64,000 bases of DNA from NCBI GenBank assembly GCA_964035545.1, contig OZ037770.1, positions 11,490,463 through 11,554,462 on the forward strand, in the 5' to 3' direction. Within the stretch, counting starts at the first letter, position 1, and each line of letters starts with the position of its first letter. The notes below the pieces were generated by a model that saw nothing but the letters and a program-made list of their open reading frames with translations, made no database searches and was not told where the DNA came from. Origin of the DNA: Bugula neritina. Taxonomy: Eukaryota > Animalia > Bryozoa. The position numbers and the translations under genes are program-made. This document shows positions 11,757-22,770 of this stretch, piece by piece.

Positions 11757-14700
11757 TGTTATACAGTAATATTGTGGTGGTTCGTGGAACTACCAGCAGC
11801 ACAACGTGTAGGGTCGCGTGATTGACCCGGAACAATGTATTAGCCAATTAGCTAAGCTGTTTGATAAGTAATAGTAGCCGCTTCGCGCTACTAGCTCAGT
11901 TGAGGATAGTGCTGTAAATTAAATAGACGTGCGTATCATTACTGTTGTACATTGGATTTTATTATGTATTCGTGTATTAAATATAACAATATCTACTCGA
12001 CTTAGCTGGTGAAGTTTCTCTAGTATTAAATAGACTCTCTTGGTGGCACATCAACCCTAAATCTGAAAACTATAACAGTGGTGGCAGCGGTGGGATAGTG
12101 TATATCAAAGATGGAGACTGAAAATGCTAGAATGCAACCACCCCCCGTAGAAGGTGAGCGTAGAAATGCTGTTAATCCTGTGAATCGTGAAGGAGAAGAA
12201 GCTTATAGACATTACTTGAAAGCTCCCACCTTTACTGGGTCGGAAGATGTCGAACAATTTATACAAGAATTTAGAGAAGTAATGGAAGTTGCTCAATGGC
12301 CACATAGAGTGGCCCTTATCCAATTGCGGAGGGCGGTGACGGAGCAAGCCAAGCCGTACGGAGTGGGAACGGACGTAGACGGCATACTGGCTGCGCTGCG
12401 GGCCCGTTTTGGCACCTCCGTCATAGACGCTAGGACCAAGCTGGAGAGATTGTGCCGCACCCCGCGGACCTCGCTGCAAGAACATGCCGCGACGGTGAAG
12501 AAGCTGGCGCAGATTGCATATAGCGATCTGCCAGCACAACACCAAGAGCGTTACACCTATGACGCTTTTGTCCAGTCCCTAAACGACCTGGGCCTAGACC
12601 ATCACCTACGAGCTAAAGGGATAACCAGAATAGAGGATGCCCTGAAGGCTGGAGAAGCTTACCTGTTGGCTACCCAAATGCATCGACCACAAAGGAACCC
12701 CCCAGTAGTTGGAGTCAGCGCTGCCAGGGCTACGACAGGCTCCGAAGCCCTCCCGCTGGAAGCCGAAGTGGACCGCATGGTAGAGATGCTGGGACAATTG
12801 GTAACCATTCTGGCCGGTGCTGGCCCCGGTCAGGCCTTGCGGATGCCCCCAACATCTGTGGGGCAGGGCTGGAGTAGCGCTGATCAGGACCAGGGACAGA
12901 AAGGACGACCCCAATACCAGGGGGCGTTAAACTGTCACGGCCCGCGGACACACTCCCTCCCCGCGGGCCGCAACTAAAGGAGTATGGTGGAACGCGCCGT
13001 CGTCTGTCCGTACGGACACGGCGGAACATTCCACCCGAGTGGCAGGTACCACGCAGGACTAGTAGGCCCGCACAACGGCCCAGTACCTTCTCCCTGCCAC
13101 TCGCTAACCGGTTTCACCGGTTACCTCGGGAAGAGGAGCCCGCCACTGAAATGGAGCCAGAAGGCCCAGTGGAGAGGCCCAAACCCCGCCGGCACCAACC
13201 TCGCCGCCGGAAGCCCCGTAAACCACGGGTGAAACCCCCGCCGTCCTGTCAAACCAGGACAGCACATGCGGGGGGGGGTGAAAGTACAACCACATGGAGA
13301 GAGCTATTTCCTACCTGGAAAGGTGGCTGGCAATGCCGTCACTTTCCTGCTCGACTCCGGCTGTACTACCAACCTTCTCAGTCGTAGAGTCTTTGAGGCA
13401 CTGCCCCGCCGGGACAGGGATAGAGTACGACCGTATACTGGAGAACATGGCACCCTGGCAGACGGGTCATGTATCCCCTTTTATGGTATTATCGAGCTCC
13501 CTGGGCGTGTCCGAGATCAGGCTGTACAGGAGACCTTTATCATAGGTCAACTGGAAGAAGATGCTATCCTCGGAATGCCCTTCTTGAAGCAGCACCAGTG
13601 CCGAATAGATTTCAGTAAGTCGGTGGTGCTGATGGGCGGGCGAGAACTCGCCTGTGTGGATAAGTTTGGGCGTCCCCTGGTGGGCGGTGTTCAGGTAGTT
13701 CGGAACTGCACCGTACCCGGACGCTCCAGAGCTACTATCCACTGCCGAGTGAACAGCAACCGGATAGCCAGGCTCGGGGTCGTTGAAAGCGCGCACGAAA
13801 AGATCCAACTCGCCAGTAGTTTAAACCGACTAACTGAGCGAGGGGAGGTCTTAGTGCAGTGCGTCAACCCCTTTACCGAGCCCATTGAGCTCCCAGCTGG
13901 GTCAATGCTGGGCCGGTTCCATTCCGTCCAGGAAGAGGACGTGGGCCCGTCGCTGGGTGATGCGACAGAGGCACCCCCTCGACACCCTATTCAGGGACGA
14001 GGGGCAGTCCCAACACATCTCCGGGAGTTATACGAGACAGCCAGTAACGGCTGCGCGAGTAACAGAGAGCGCCAGGCTATGGCCAAGTTACTACGCGACT
14101 ACGGTGATGTGTTCAGCAGCGGAGAGCATGACGTGGGACTGACTGGAATTGTCAGACACGAAATACCGCTGACTGCAGGGACAGTCCCTGTCCGGCAGCC
14201 CACACGCAGGCTGGGGCCGGAGAAAGAGAAGGAGGTTAGCCGACAAGTACGGGATCTTCTGGACCGGGGACTGATAGAGCCCGCCCATAGTGCGTGGAGC
14301 TCGCCAGTCGTACTGGTCCGGAAGAAAGACGGCAGTTGGCGGTTCTGTGTGGACTACCGCAAACTCAATAGCGTAACCATACAGGACGCCTACCCTCTAC
14401 CTCGTATTGACGAGTCATTGGACGCCCTAGCCGGCAGCAAGTACTTCAGTACGTTAGACTTGCTAAGCGGCTATTGGCAGGTTCCTCTGAGTCCCGACGC
14501 CCAAGAGAAAGCGGCGTTTATCACACGGGACGGTTTGTGGAAGTGGAAGGTGCTGCCCTTCGGGTTAACCTCCGCCCCAGCCACCTTCCAGAGGCTGATG
14601 GAACAAGTCCTTAGCGGACTCCATTGGAAGACACTGCTGGTCTACCTCGATGATGTCATCGTAATCTCTCCAGACTTCGAGACACATGTCATTCGTCTGC

Positions 14701-15372
14701 AGGAGGTTTTCGAGAGACTCCGAGGTGCCGGTCTTAAGCTCAAACCTTCCAAGTGCGCTCTGTTGCAGCCGGAGGTCAAGTACCTGGGGCACGTTGTCGG
14801 TCGAAACGGCGTGGCAACGGATCCCGAAAAGGTACGGGCAGTAGAAGACTGGGTCACCCCCCAAGACTTGACCGGACTCCGGGCCTTCTTGGGGCTGGTA
14901 GGGTATTACAGGCAATACATACCAGACTTTGCGGGCATAGCCCAGCCGTTAAATCGGCTTACCGCAAAGGGAGTGACGTGGCAGTGGACTCCAGTCGAAC
15001 AAGAAGCGTTCGACTGCCTCAAGGGCTGCCTCCTAACGGCGCCCATCTTGGCCTACCCAGACCCCACTCTGGAGTACATCCTAGACACGGACGCCAGTGA
15101 CCAGAATGTTGGCGCTGTGCTGTCACAAGTGCAGGAAGGCCGAGAAGTAGTAGTAGCCTACTACAGCAAGTCTCTCTCTCCCGCTGAACGAAATTACTGC
15201 ACTACCCGCAAGGAGCTGCTGGCAGTAATCAAGTCAGTGAAGCACTTCAGACCATACCTATATGGCAGGAAGTTCCGGCTGCGTACGGATCATGCCTCGC
15301 TGATCTGGTTGTGCAGGAGAGCAGAGCCCTCTAGTCAGGTCGCCCGATGGCTCGAAATCCTAGCTGAATTCT
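11757..15372 (+). mobile_element. 3'-truncated Ty3/Gypsy LTR retrotransposon (5' LTR 11757-12077, tRNA-Leu PBS 12079-12096, gag, PR-RT-partial RNase H)
   Basis: TGTTATA...TATAACA termini, PBS TGGTGGCAGCGGTGGGAT, LLDSGC protease and YLDD RT motifs. Homology to the full-length element stops at RWLEILAEF; no integrase or 3' LTR. Confidence 0.92.
12111..12977 (+). CDS. gag: Gypsy Gag (288 aa), zinc knuckle degenerate
   Basis: PTFTGSEDVEQFIQEF capsid-like motif shared with Gag at 31620; directly follows the PBS. Confidence 0.85.
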   Translation: METENARMQPPPVEGERRNAVNPVNREGEEAYRHYLKAPTFTGSEDVEQFIQEFREVMEVAQWPHRVALIQLRRAVTEQAKPYGVGTDVDGILAALRARFGTSVIDARTKLERLCRTPRTSLQEHAATVKKLAQIAYSDLPAQHQERYTYDAFVQSLNDLGLDHHLRAKGITRIEDALKAGEAYLLATQMHRPQRNPPVVGVSAARATTGSEALPLEAEVDRMVEMLGQLVTILAGAGPGQALRMPPTSVGQGWSSADQDQGQKGRPQYQGALNCHGPRTHSLPAGRN

Positions 15373-15416
15373 TTACACTAAAAGCTTTGTTGCGTATTGT
15401 TTACAAGCACCGTTAA
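13266..15416 (+). CDS. pol: Gypsy Pol fragment (protease, RT, partial RNase H)
   Basis: FLLDSGC, WRFCVDYRKLN, PFGL, YLDD and DTDASD motifs. Frame broken upstream at the G9 run 13270-13278; the last ~14 codons are non-element sequence. Confidence 0.9.
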   Translation: MRGGVKVQPHGESYFLPGKVAGNAVTFLLDSGCTTNLLSRRVFEALPRRDRDRVRPYTGEHGTLADGSCIPFYGIIELPGRVRDQAVQETFIIGQLEEDAILGMPFLKQHQCRIDFSKSVVLMGGRELACVDKFGRPLVGGVQVVRNCTVPGRSRATIHCRVNSNRIARLGVVESAHEKIQLASSLNRLTERGEVLVQCVNPFTEPIELPAGSMLGRFHSVQEEDVGPSLGDATEAPPRHPIQGRGAVPTHLRELYETASNGCASNRERQAMAKLLRDYGDVFSSGEHDVGLTGIVRHEIPLTAGTVPVRQPTRRLGPEKEKEVSRQVRDLLDRGLIEPAHSAWSSPVVLVRKKDGSWRFCVDYRKLNSVTIQDAYPLPRIDESLDALAGSKYFSTLDLLSGYWQVPLSPDAQEKAAFITRDGLWKWKVLPFGLTSAPATFQRLMEQVLSGLHWKTLLVYLDDVIVISPDFETHVIRLQEVFERLRGAGLKLKPSKCALLQPEVKYLGHVVGRNGVATDPEKVRAVEDWVTPQDLTGLRAFLGLVGYYRQYIPDFAGIAQPLNRLTAKGVTWQWTPVEQEAFDCLKGCLLTAPILAYPDPTLEYILDTDASDQNVGAVLSQVQEGREVVVAYYSKSLSPAERNYCTTRKELLAVIKSVKHFRPYLYGRKFRLRTDHASLIWLCRRAEPSSQVARWLEILAEFFTLKALLRIVYKHR

Positions 15417-15627
15417 TTTTTAGACATCAACAATCTTGTTTTTTAACCTCAGCAGCTTTAATCATCCAGATTTGTGAACAAATTATACTATTAAAGTACT
15501 CTTCACTTAAGAGGAGGCAACTCCGTGAGATCGATCTGACACTTCTCATGGAAAAACGATCGATCTGAGAGGTATGCTCAGATCGATCTCAGCGAGATCG
15601 ATCTGAGATCGGTACATGGAAAGCCGG
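15373..15627. mobile_element. Probable single end of a non-autonomous DNA transposon (PIF/Harbinger-like) with GATCGATC palindromes
   Basis: Repeated AGATCGATCT palindromes 15527-15610; terminus CATGGAAAGCCGG abuts TGA inside the exon-6 repeat. The other end is not seen. Confidence 0.4.
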
Positions 15628-16921
15628 TGAACTAGAGCTGTGTGATGTCATGTCTCTGAAGGTCAAAGGTTAGTATACTAAACTAGAGCCTTGTGATGTC
15701 ATGTCTCTAGAGGTGATTAATATTTGGCATTTTATTTGAAAAGTAACCTCATGTGTGTGAAACTATTGGTTTGAAAATTTTAGTTTCTGTTGAAATAGCC
15801 CTGTGTCTAGGTTTACTCAGAGCTTCTATTAATAGAATTTATACACATACTCACTATTATATGACATACATATTTTATATACATACTCACTTATATATAA
15901 GTATACACACACACATATTCACATGTATATTGTAGAAGAGAAGAGAGACATAGAAGTAGACTTGGTTCCTGCAGCAGACATGATTATTAGTTTAGATCAA
16001 GGAGTGACAACTCCTACTCCTCATAAATCTCTCAAACTCTTACAGGCTGTTGATGTTTCTAATGAATGTTATTCTGTCTGTAAATATGAGGGCAACACTT
16101 ATGTAGGGCTGCGTAATGGTGCAGGGATAGACAGAATAGATGAGAGTTTCAGTGTTTCCAAGTCATTTGTTTCTCTTACCAACTCTGTAGTTGGAGTCAC
16201 AGTACATAGGAATAAGCTGTATGCTCTACAGTGTATCAGCAGCACTAATTGGGAGGTACATGTGTATGATCTTACTGGGAAACAGGTGACCAGCTGGTCC
16301 CATCATGATAGTAGTTGGAGTGTAAACAACCTTGCTATTGTTAATGCTCAGATAGTAGTTCCTGATAGACACAGGAAAATACTTACAATCTACTCTCTTA
16401 CTGGGGAGGTAGTTAAACATGTCTCCTGCTCTCTACTCAGTAGTCTCACGGTAGCAATATGTGCAGCAGACAGACATTGTGTAGTAGTTTCTGACTGGGG
16501 TTCCTCTCAAGTATTTAAATTAGACTTGACAACAGAGAAAGTCATCTGGACATGCAAGGATGTATCTCATCCGCAAGGTGTGACCTGCTATAGAAGTAAA
16601 TATATTCTTGTGACTAACCGCAGCAGTAAAACTACCATCTGGATACTGGATGTGGAGACAGGTTAGTTTTACATTGGTTAGTTAACTACTGTTCCTAATA
16701 TATTAGTATTTCTCACAGTCTCACACTATAAAATATACTATGCTAAGTACTAGTGATGACACACTAATACATCATTTCCTGTTACAGGTACACAACTGTC
16801 CAAAGTAGAAGATCCAACTGATAGAACTGTGGGTAGTGTGTATGATCTTCATGTGTATAAAGACACTCTGATTGTACCTAGATACAGTGAGGAGAAAGTT
16901 CTGTTTTACCAGCTAAACTAA
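15628..16921 (+). pseudogene. TRIM copy C3, headless: only exon-6 repeat remnants, exon 7 (15936-16661) and exon 8 (16788-16921)
   Basis: Open propeller exons, but no RING, B-box or coiled-coil exons between C2 and here; transposon DNA lies upstream instead. Confidence 0.85.
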
Positions 16922-18579
16922 ACAGGTCTGTGACAGGATATTATTTCATCTTGTGGTACATTTATTATATTGTTTATCTCACTAGACTCTGTTTGAATAC
17001 ATCTGGTGCTTAACTCTGTGTTTTCTACTAATGTACATATTTGTGATGATATGTCTGAGATGTACAACTTCTACATATACACTGTGTCTGTTATTTCTAG
17101 ATGATTCTCAAAGTTGACTCTGTAGACTGAGTTTTTCAACACAGAGCTATGATGGAGTGTGGAGGCTATATGACGTCTCAGTAACTCACTTATACAGCTA
17201 TACATTGTGCGGAGGGCTATATGACGTCCCAGTAACTAACTCACACACCTAAAAATAACTACTTTCAAGAAATAATTTATCATCACTTTTACCAATTAGC
17301 CTCTTCCACACAACCTGCAAGACTTCATGGTATTAACTAGTCTGTAACTTTTTATATATCTAACCTGATTTGCAATGAAAGTCATGTAGAGATCAATGTA
17401 TTTATAATGGTTAATCTAAGTCTACATTTCCTACAGACTGAAATATTATGATATCACAATGTTTACTACTTGCTATCAAATATCCTCCACTACTGCTGCA
17501 TTAAGTTTGCTGTATAGTTTATATACTAATTTCAATTCACTGCATTTGTATGTCAAGTTATTATTTTATATAATGCATTCTATAACCTGTTTGATATTGT
17601 GTGATCATCTCATCATTTGATTGGCTGTCATAGAATATAATAGTCAAAGTGATTAATTATTTCAGTATATTCTATAAACAGTGAATAAATTAGAGTAACT
17701 ATGGTTACTAATGGCAACATATTTTACTATAGATAACATCACCATGTCTCATTCCAGTAAAATAGTTTACAGAATTTCTACTCTGTGTAGAGTATAACAT
17801 TAGCAATGCTGTAGTTACTTGTAGTTGCAGAGTTGTAGATTCTTACTTGAGTTAGAACTTAAGTTATTAGAGAAGTTGGCTTACCTTGACATCTTGCTAT
17901 CGGCAAATATACCATGTAGATTGTAGACCACCTTTTATTCATGTTCAGTAAAATGTTTATAATATATAGAAAGAAAATAACTATTAAAATATTGGTAAAG
18001 CATGTAGATTCTTGCTCATGTTGGATTATTGGACAAGCAAGGTGCTTTTACTTCTTGCTATTAGAAACATTGTCATAAATTGATCATTGCTTTAAAATAG
18101 GATGACTAAGAGTTATGTAATACACCACTTTTACACATGCCCAGCCAGTTTCAAGTTAACTGCATAAGTTACCTGTATAAGTTACCTTCATAAGTTACCT
18201 GTATAAGTTACTGGTATAAATTCTAACCATACTTACAGGTTTCTCCTGCATCATGCTAGTGAATTTATATGTTTTACAACTGCATAAATGTTTTATATAA
18301 GCTTAGTGCGAAAGTGTTAAATAAACGAGCAATGGCTCTACATATAGTTATTTTAGACTATAAGATGATCACTATAATATTGAAATGAAAATTGAGTTTT
18401 GAGAACTTGTTTTGAGTTGTGGGCAAAGGCTGACTTCATAGCATAACATGTACGAAACTACTTCTATTTGTGACAGTTTGATGCATAAAACGCAGCTGTT
18501 TATGCTTGTATTGTTGTAAGGGTTTATTTACACAATACAGAGTGCAAATTATAGTTTTATTTGGAGCTTTATGTCGCTT

Positions 18580-18725
18580 GGTCACGTGACCGTATAACCA
18601 TAGAGACTTGTCCTCGTGTAGAATCATCCCCGAGCAATATCAATTTTAACTTCAGTAATATTTGTACAAAAACAAGAGGGGGTAACCCTTAGGACAAAAA
18701 ATCTAGCTAGTTGACGTCATTTCCG
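18580..18725 (+). promoter_or_regulatory. Type-A motif cluster upstream of C4 (E-box 18580-18591, CRE 18712-18719)
   Basis: Same motifs as 5054-5210. Confidence 0.45.
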
Positions 18726-21700
18726 AAAGAGGCGTTTTACTGTTCCGGGAAAAGTTCTACTTCGAGTTTGACTGCAAATCGCGAAAGGAAGCTGTCCTTG
18801 GAGTCAAGCTTTTGCCCGAAGAACAGGGTATCAGTTGAAGATTCTGTCTGTTACAAGGCTCCATTGTGTGAGATTGGGAACTTGAGCAAAACGTAGGTTA
18901 GTTTGATTTGCATTAATATAATTCTACTACGTGCTACCATAAGTGTGAGGGTGTCATTCAGTTTCAGTTTGACAAAAGAATACTTCTAGTTCTGAATATC
19001 TTTAAATACCTTTGAGTTTGAAAACATAGAACATTTGGGAACACTCTAGGTTATGGAAGTGTCTCATTTTTTTACTGCGTGGAGGGGTGTTAGGTGATAC
19101 TTGTGTTGATTTTTATTTTATATGCTCTCTCTGGTGTATCTTATGGTTTCTTGAAAAACTGACTGCCAAGGTGCACTTCTAAGTTTGTGTATTTAGATTT
19201 TAGTTAACCGCGAGCAGCAGACCTAGTGTCTTATTGACATGTTTTGGTGATTTCCTGTGATCTCACCATATGCTATATGCCAAATTTGAGTGTTGTTGTT
19301 ATTTGTGTAAAATAAGCATAAGAAGATGAGTCTTTCGTCTCTGTTTGAGAGACTGAAGGCCTCGGTGACACTTTCTCGTCCCTTTAATCCAACAATATAT
19401 CTAACCACCCTGTGCTGTAGCATTTCTAGAGACTCAATCTCTAAATTCTCTCATTACGATGAGCTACATGGGATCTGAATACACTTTATAGTATGTTCTC
19501 CTGTTTTATAATATAGAGTTGAGTGAAATGGCTGCAGCAGGAGAAGTTGAGTGTGGATTTTGTTTACTAAAAGAAGATTTAGAGAATCCCTAGTGCCTAC
19601 CATGTGGTCATGTACACTGTCTACTGTGTCTTACTCGTAATGTTGATGTGAATGACATGATCAGGTGTCCCTGGTGTAGGTAAGTTGGTTTTATATATGC
19701 AGAGCTGAGACATACTGTTCGTAAAAAAATAGTGATTTACATCATATGTTTTACTTTATACTGAATTTTTGCATTCCGTTATATATAGTTTCAATCATTA
19801 CTAAGTAATTATGTGTCTTGTCACAGGGAAGTGTTTGATGTGAGAGTGGAGAATCTTCCATTTGCTGATGTAGAAGACAACTCCGTATCATGTGACGTGT
19901 GCACTAAAAAGGGACTGAAGAAAGTGCCAGCTATCATATACTGTACTGTGTGCCGTAAACTCTTCTGCAGAAAACATGATGAGGTGATACTTTCATTAAA
20001 TACTTCTTCGGTTGATGTTCAACCCTGCATACTCTAACTCAGCCTCTGATTACATATTGTACACTTGAATGTTGATTTATGAGAAAGCAATGAGATTATG
20101 TTTCACTTTTATCTGTTTTATCTGCTCTTATGTAAACTATACATTTATTTTAAGACTTTGTGTTAGTGGGGAATTTTTTTGTTCTTATAAATATTTGTAA
20201 ATGTTTATAATATCATGTATTTGTAAGTTTCATTTCTAATCCACAATATGAATAGTTGAGTTATATTTCTCAGTAAATGCATATTCTGTTATATTCAGTC
20301 ACATGATGAAACTGGAGATGACCACCAGAAGATGACCATCTCTGACTACAGAATACAAGCCAAGAGACTGGAGAAACGAGTTTGTCCCAAACACACAGCA
20401 TATCCCTACATACAAGGATGTAGAGTCTGTGTTCAGTTATTCTGTATGCAGTGCACATCTCAGACTAACTTTTGTGTTGGAGGTAAGATGGTCTACTGAA
20501 AGTTATTTGCTAAACGCTGGAAAATTTGACAAACTATATTACTATCTCAGTAACTCTTGTAATAAAGCTGCCTCCTCCAGGAATCAAACTTCAGTCCTCC
20601 AACTAGCAAGCTAACGCGCTACTCATTACACTATGAGGGCTACTAGGGTGTCACAACACTAGAAATCTGAAGCTAGTATAGAGAGATGGTTTACTTACTT
20701 TACTTATAGTAGAATTTTCTACCTCGCTATTTATAAACTAGAGTTTCAGCAGTAGGCAAATAATTTTTAAATTATTAAATGTAGTCAATTGAACATTTAA
20801 AATAAAAATTAGAAATAATGAATGTAGGGCAATAGTAAGACATTCATGATGATATATATTAATAATTATTTTATGTAGCTAGTATTATGTCTATTAGTAT
20901 AGATAAAAACTCCTCATTTTGTCAAGTCCGCACACTTAATGCAAAAGTTGTACAAATAGTGGTTATGAGTGCTGTATTCCGTCAAATCTGAGTGAATTTT
21001 TGTAAATTCAAATGTCACTCACTTATACAGCCTGTCTAAGCTTTGTCACGATTTTGCCACGGTGAAGTTTAGTTTTTATTTTTACTTTAGACTCACCACA
21101 CCACATGGTTAATCTAGATGACTTAATCAAAGAGCTTATCAATGTAAATGATCTTCTCACCACTGAAGACAAGATGTCTGCTTTCTTTAAACACCTTTCT
21201 AAAACTGTGTCAGACTTTGAGAATGAGACGGAGGAATTGCTGAATATTCTTCATACACAGCGTGATGAACAGGTTCTGTGTTTATAGAAATACTTTCTGT
21301 TACTCTGTAATCTACATTCTGTAGTCAGGTGTTAGTGAAGCATTACAATACTAATACTTAAGAGTAACAGCTAGGTGACTAGCTACTATGCTGTGTGAAT
21401 TAAATCACTGTATTTTGTTTAAAAAGTTGCAACTTTTTAAATCAAATCTGAAAATCTTTCTCTAATTTGTTGTCCACTTTCTGCCATGTGCTGATACAAT
21501 GTATGATGTAGTTGACTGAAGTGAGACTAAAGTATGAGAAACTGGAGAAGGAATTCTTAGCTGGTAGAAAGAAGACTAAAGAGGAACTGAACAGATACAT
21601 GGAGAGAGAAGTTGGAACTGTTTTGTCTCAACTGAGTAACAGTAGAATGAAGATAGAAGCTCAACTTAGACAAAACCATCAGGTGAGCAGTGCTCACCAT

Positions 21701-21927
21701 CTGTTTATGAAATATATTTAGAATATTGTTTTAAAGGTTTTTAAAAATAACTAAGCTTATCTTTGTCTTTTAATTCTGTTTTAGCTTTACTTAAATATTA
21801 AAAAATAAAGTAAAAATGAAATAATTTACACAAGTGAATGTTTTACATTTGATGCAACTATCTTCACACCAGCCTTGATTATTTACTTCTTTCACAGCTG
21901 TAAAAGTGTTAGGAATCTGCAAGCTAG

Positions 21928-22226
21928 GACATCATATATGTATAGTTATGATATCGTAGCTGTATAGTTATGACATCATGCATATCTGTATAGTTATGAC
22001 ATCATATCTGTATAGTTATGACATCATATCTGTATAGTTGTGACATCATATCTGTATAGTTATGACATCATATCTGTATAGTTGTGACATCGTAGCTGTA
22101 TAGTTATGACATCATAGCTGTATAGTTATGACATCATAGCTGTATAGTTATGACATTATAACTGTATAGTCATGATATCATTTCTGTATAGCTATGACAT
22201 CATAGCTGTATAGTTATGACATCATA
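21928..22226. repeat. 22-bp minisatellite, about 13 units, intron 5 of C4
   Basis: Same unit as 1361-1743. Confidence 0.93.
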
Positions 22227-22615
22227 ATTATACAATTTTGTCAGCCCAAGTAAAGTTATAGAGCTTAAAACTTGGCTTAAAGCAAGACTTAAATTTGTGA
22301 ATGTGACAATTTCCACCTCCAAATTTCACCTCGCAACTACACTTTGAAATAAAATACTATGTGTAGTTTATATTAGTATCTGTTTGTCACCGTACATTTG
22401 TGTTCTGTGTGTACCATATGTATTGTAATTGCGTAATGTTGACATTTTTATGCATATCGTCATGTAAACATATAGAGAGATGACGTTTCTAATTAAGGGA
22501 AGTTTTCTCCACATAACTCTGTATGCTGATATTTGTTACATACTGTAGGTGGATCTGGTTGAAGGATTTGCAGAGATTAAAGAGAGAATACAGAGACTGA
22601 TATCTGTTGAGATAC

Positions 22616-22770
22616 CTAAACTAGAGCTGTGTGATGTCATGTCTCTAGAGGTCAAAGGTTAGTATACTAAACTAGAGCTGTGTGATGTCATGTCTCTGAA
22701 GGTCAAAGGTCAGTATACTAAACTAGAGCTGTGTGATGTCATGTTTATAGAGGTCAAAGGTTAGTATACT
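22616..22770 (+). repeat. 51-bp exon-6 donor repeat (3 donors) in C4
   Basis: Donors at 22658, 22709 and 22760. Confidence 0.9.

Noticed and set aside
12079-12096. tRNA-Leu-like sequence (also at 31570)
   Set aside because: Only the 18-nt complement of the tRNA 3' end, that is a primer-binding site, not a tRNA gene.
13270-13278. G9 run as a second programmed frameshift
   Set aside because: The sister element is continuous here; a homopolymer indel or assembly error is simpler.
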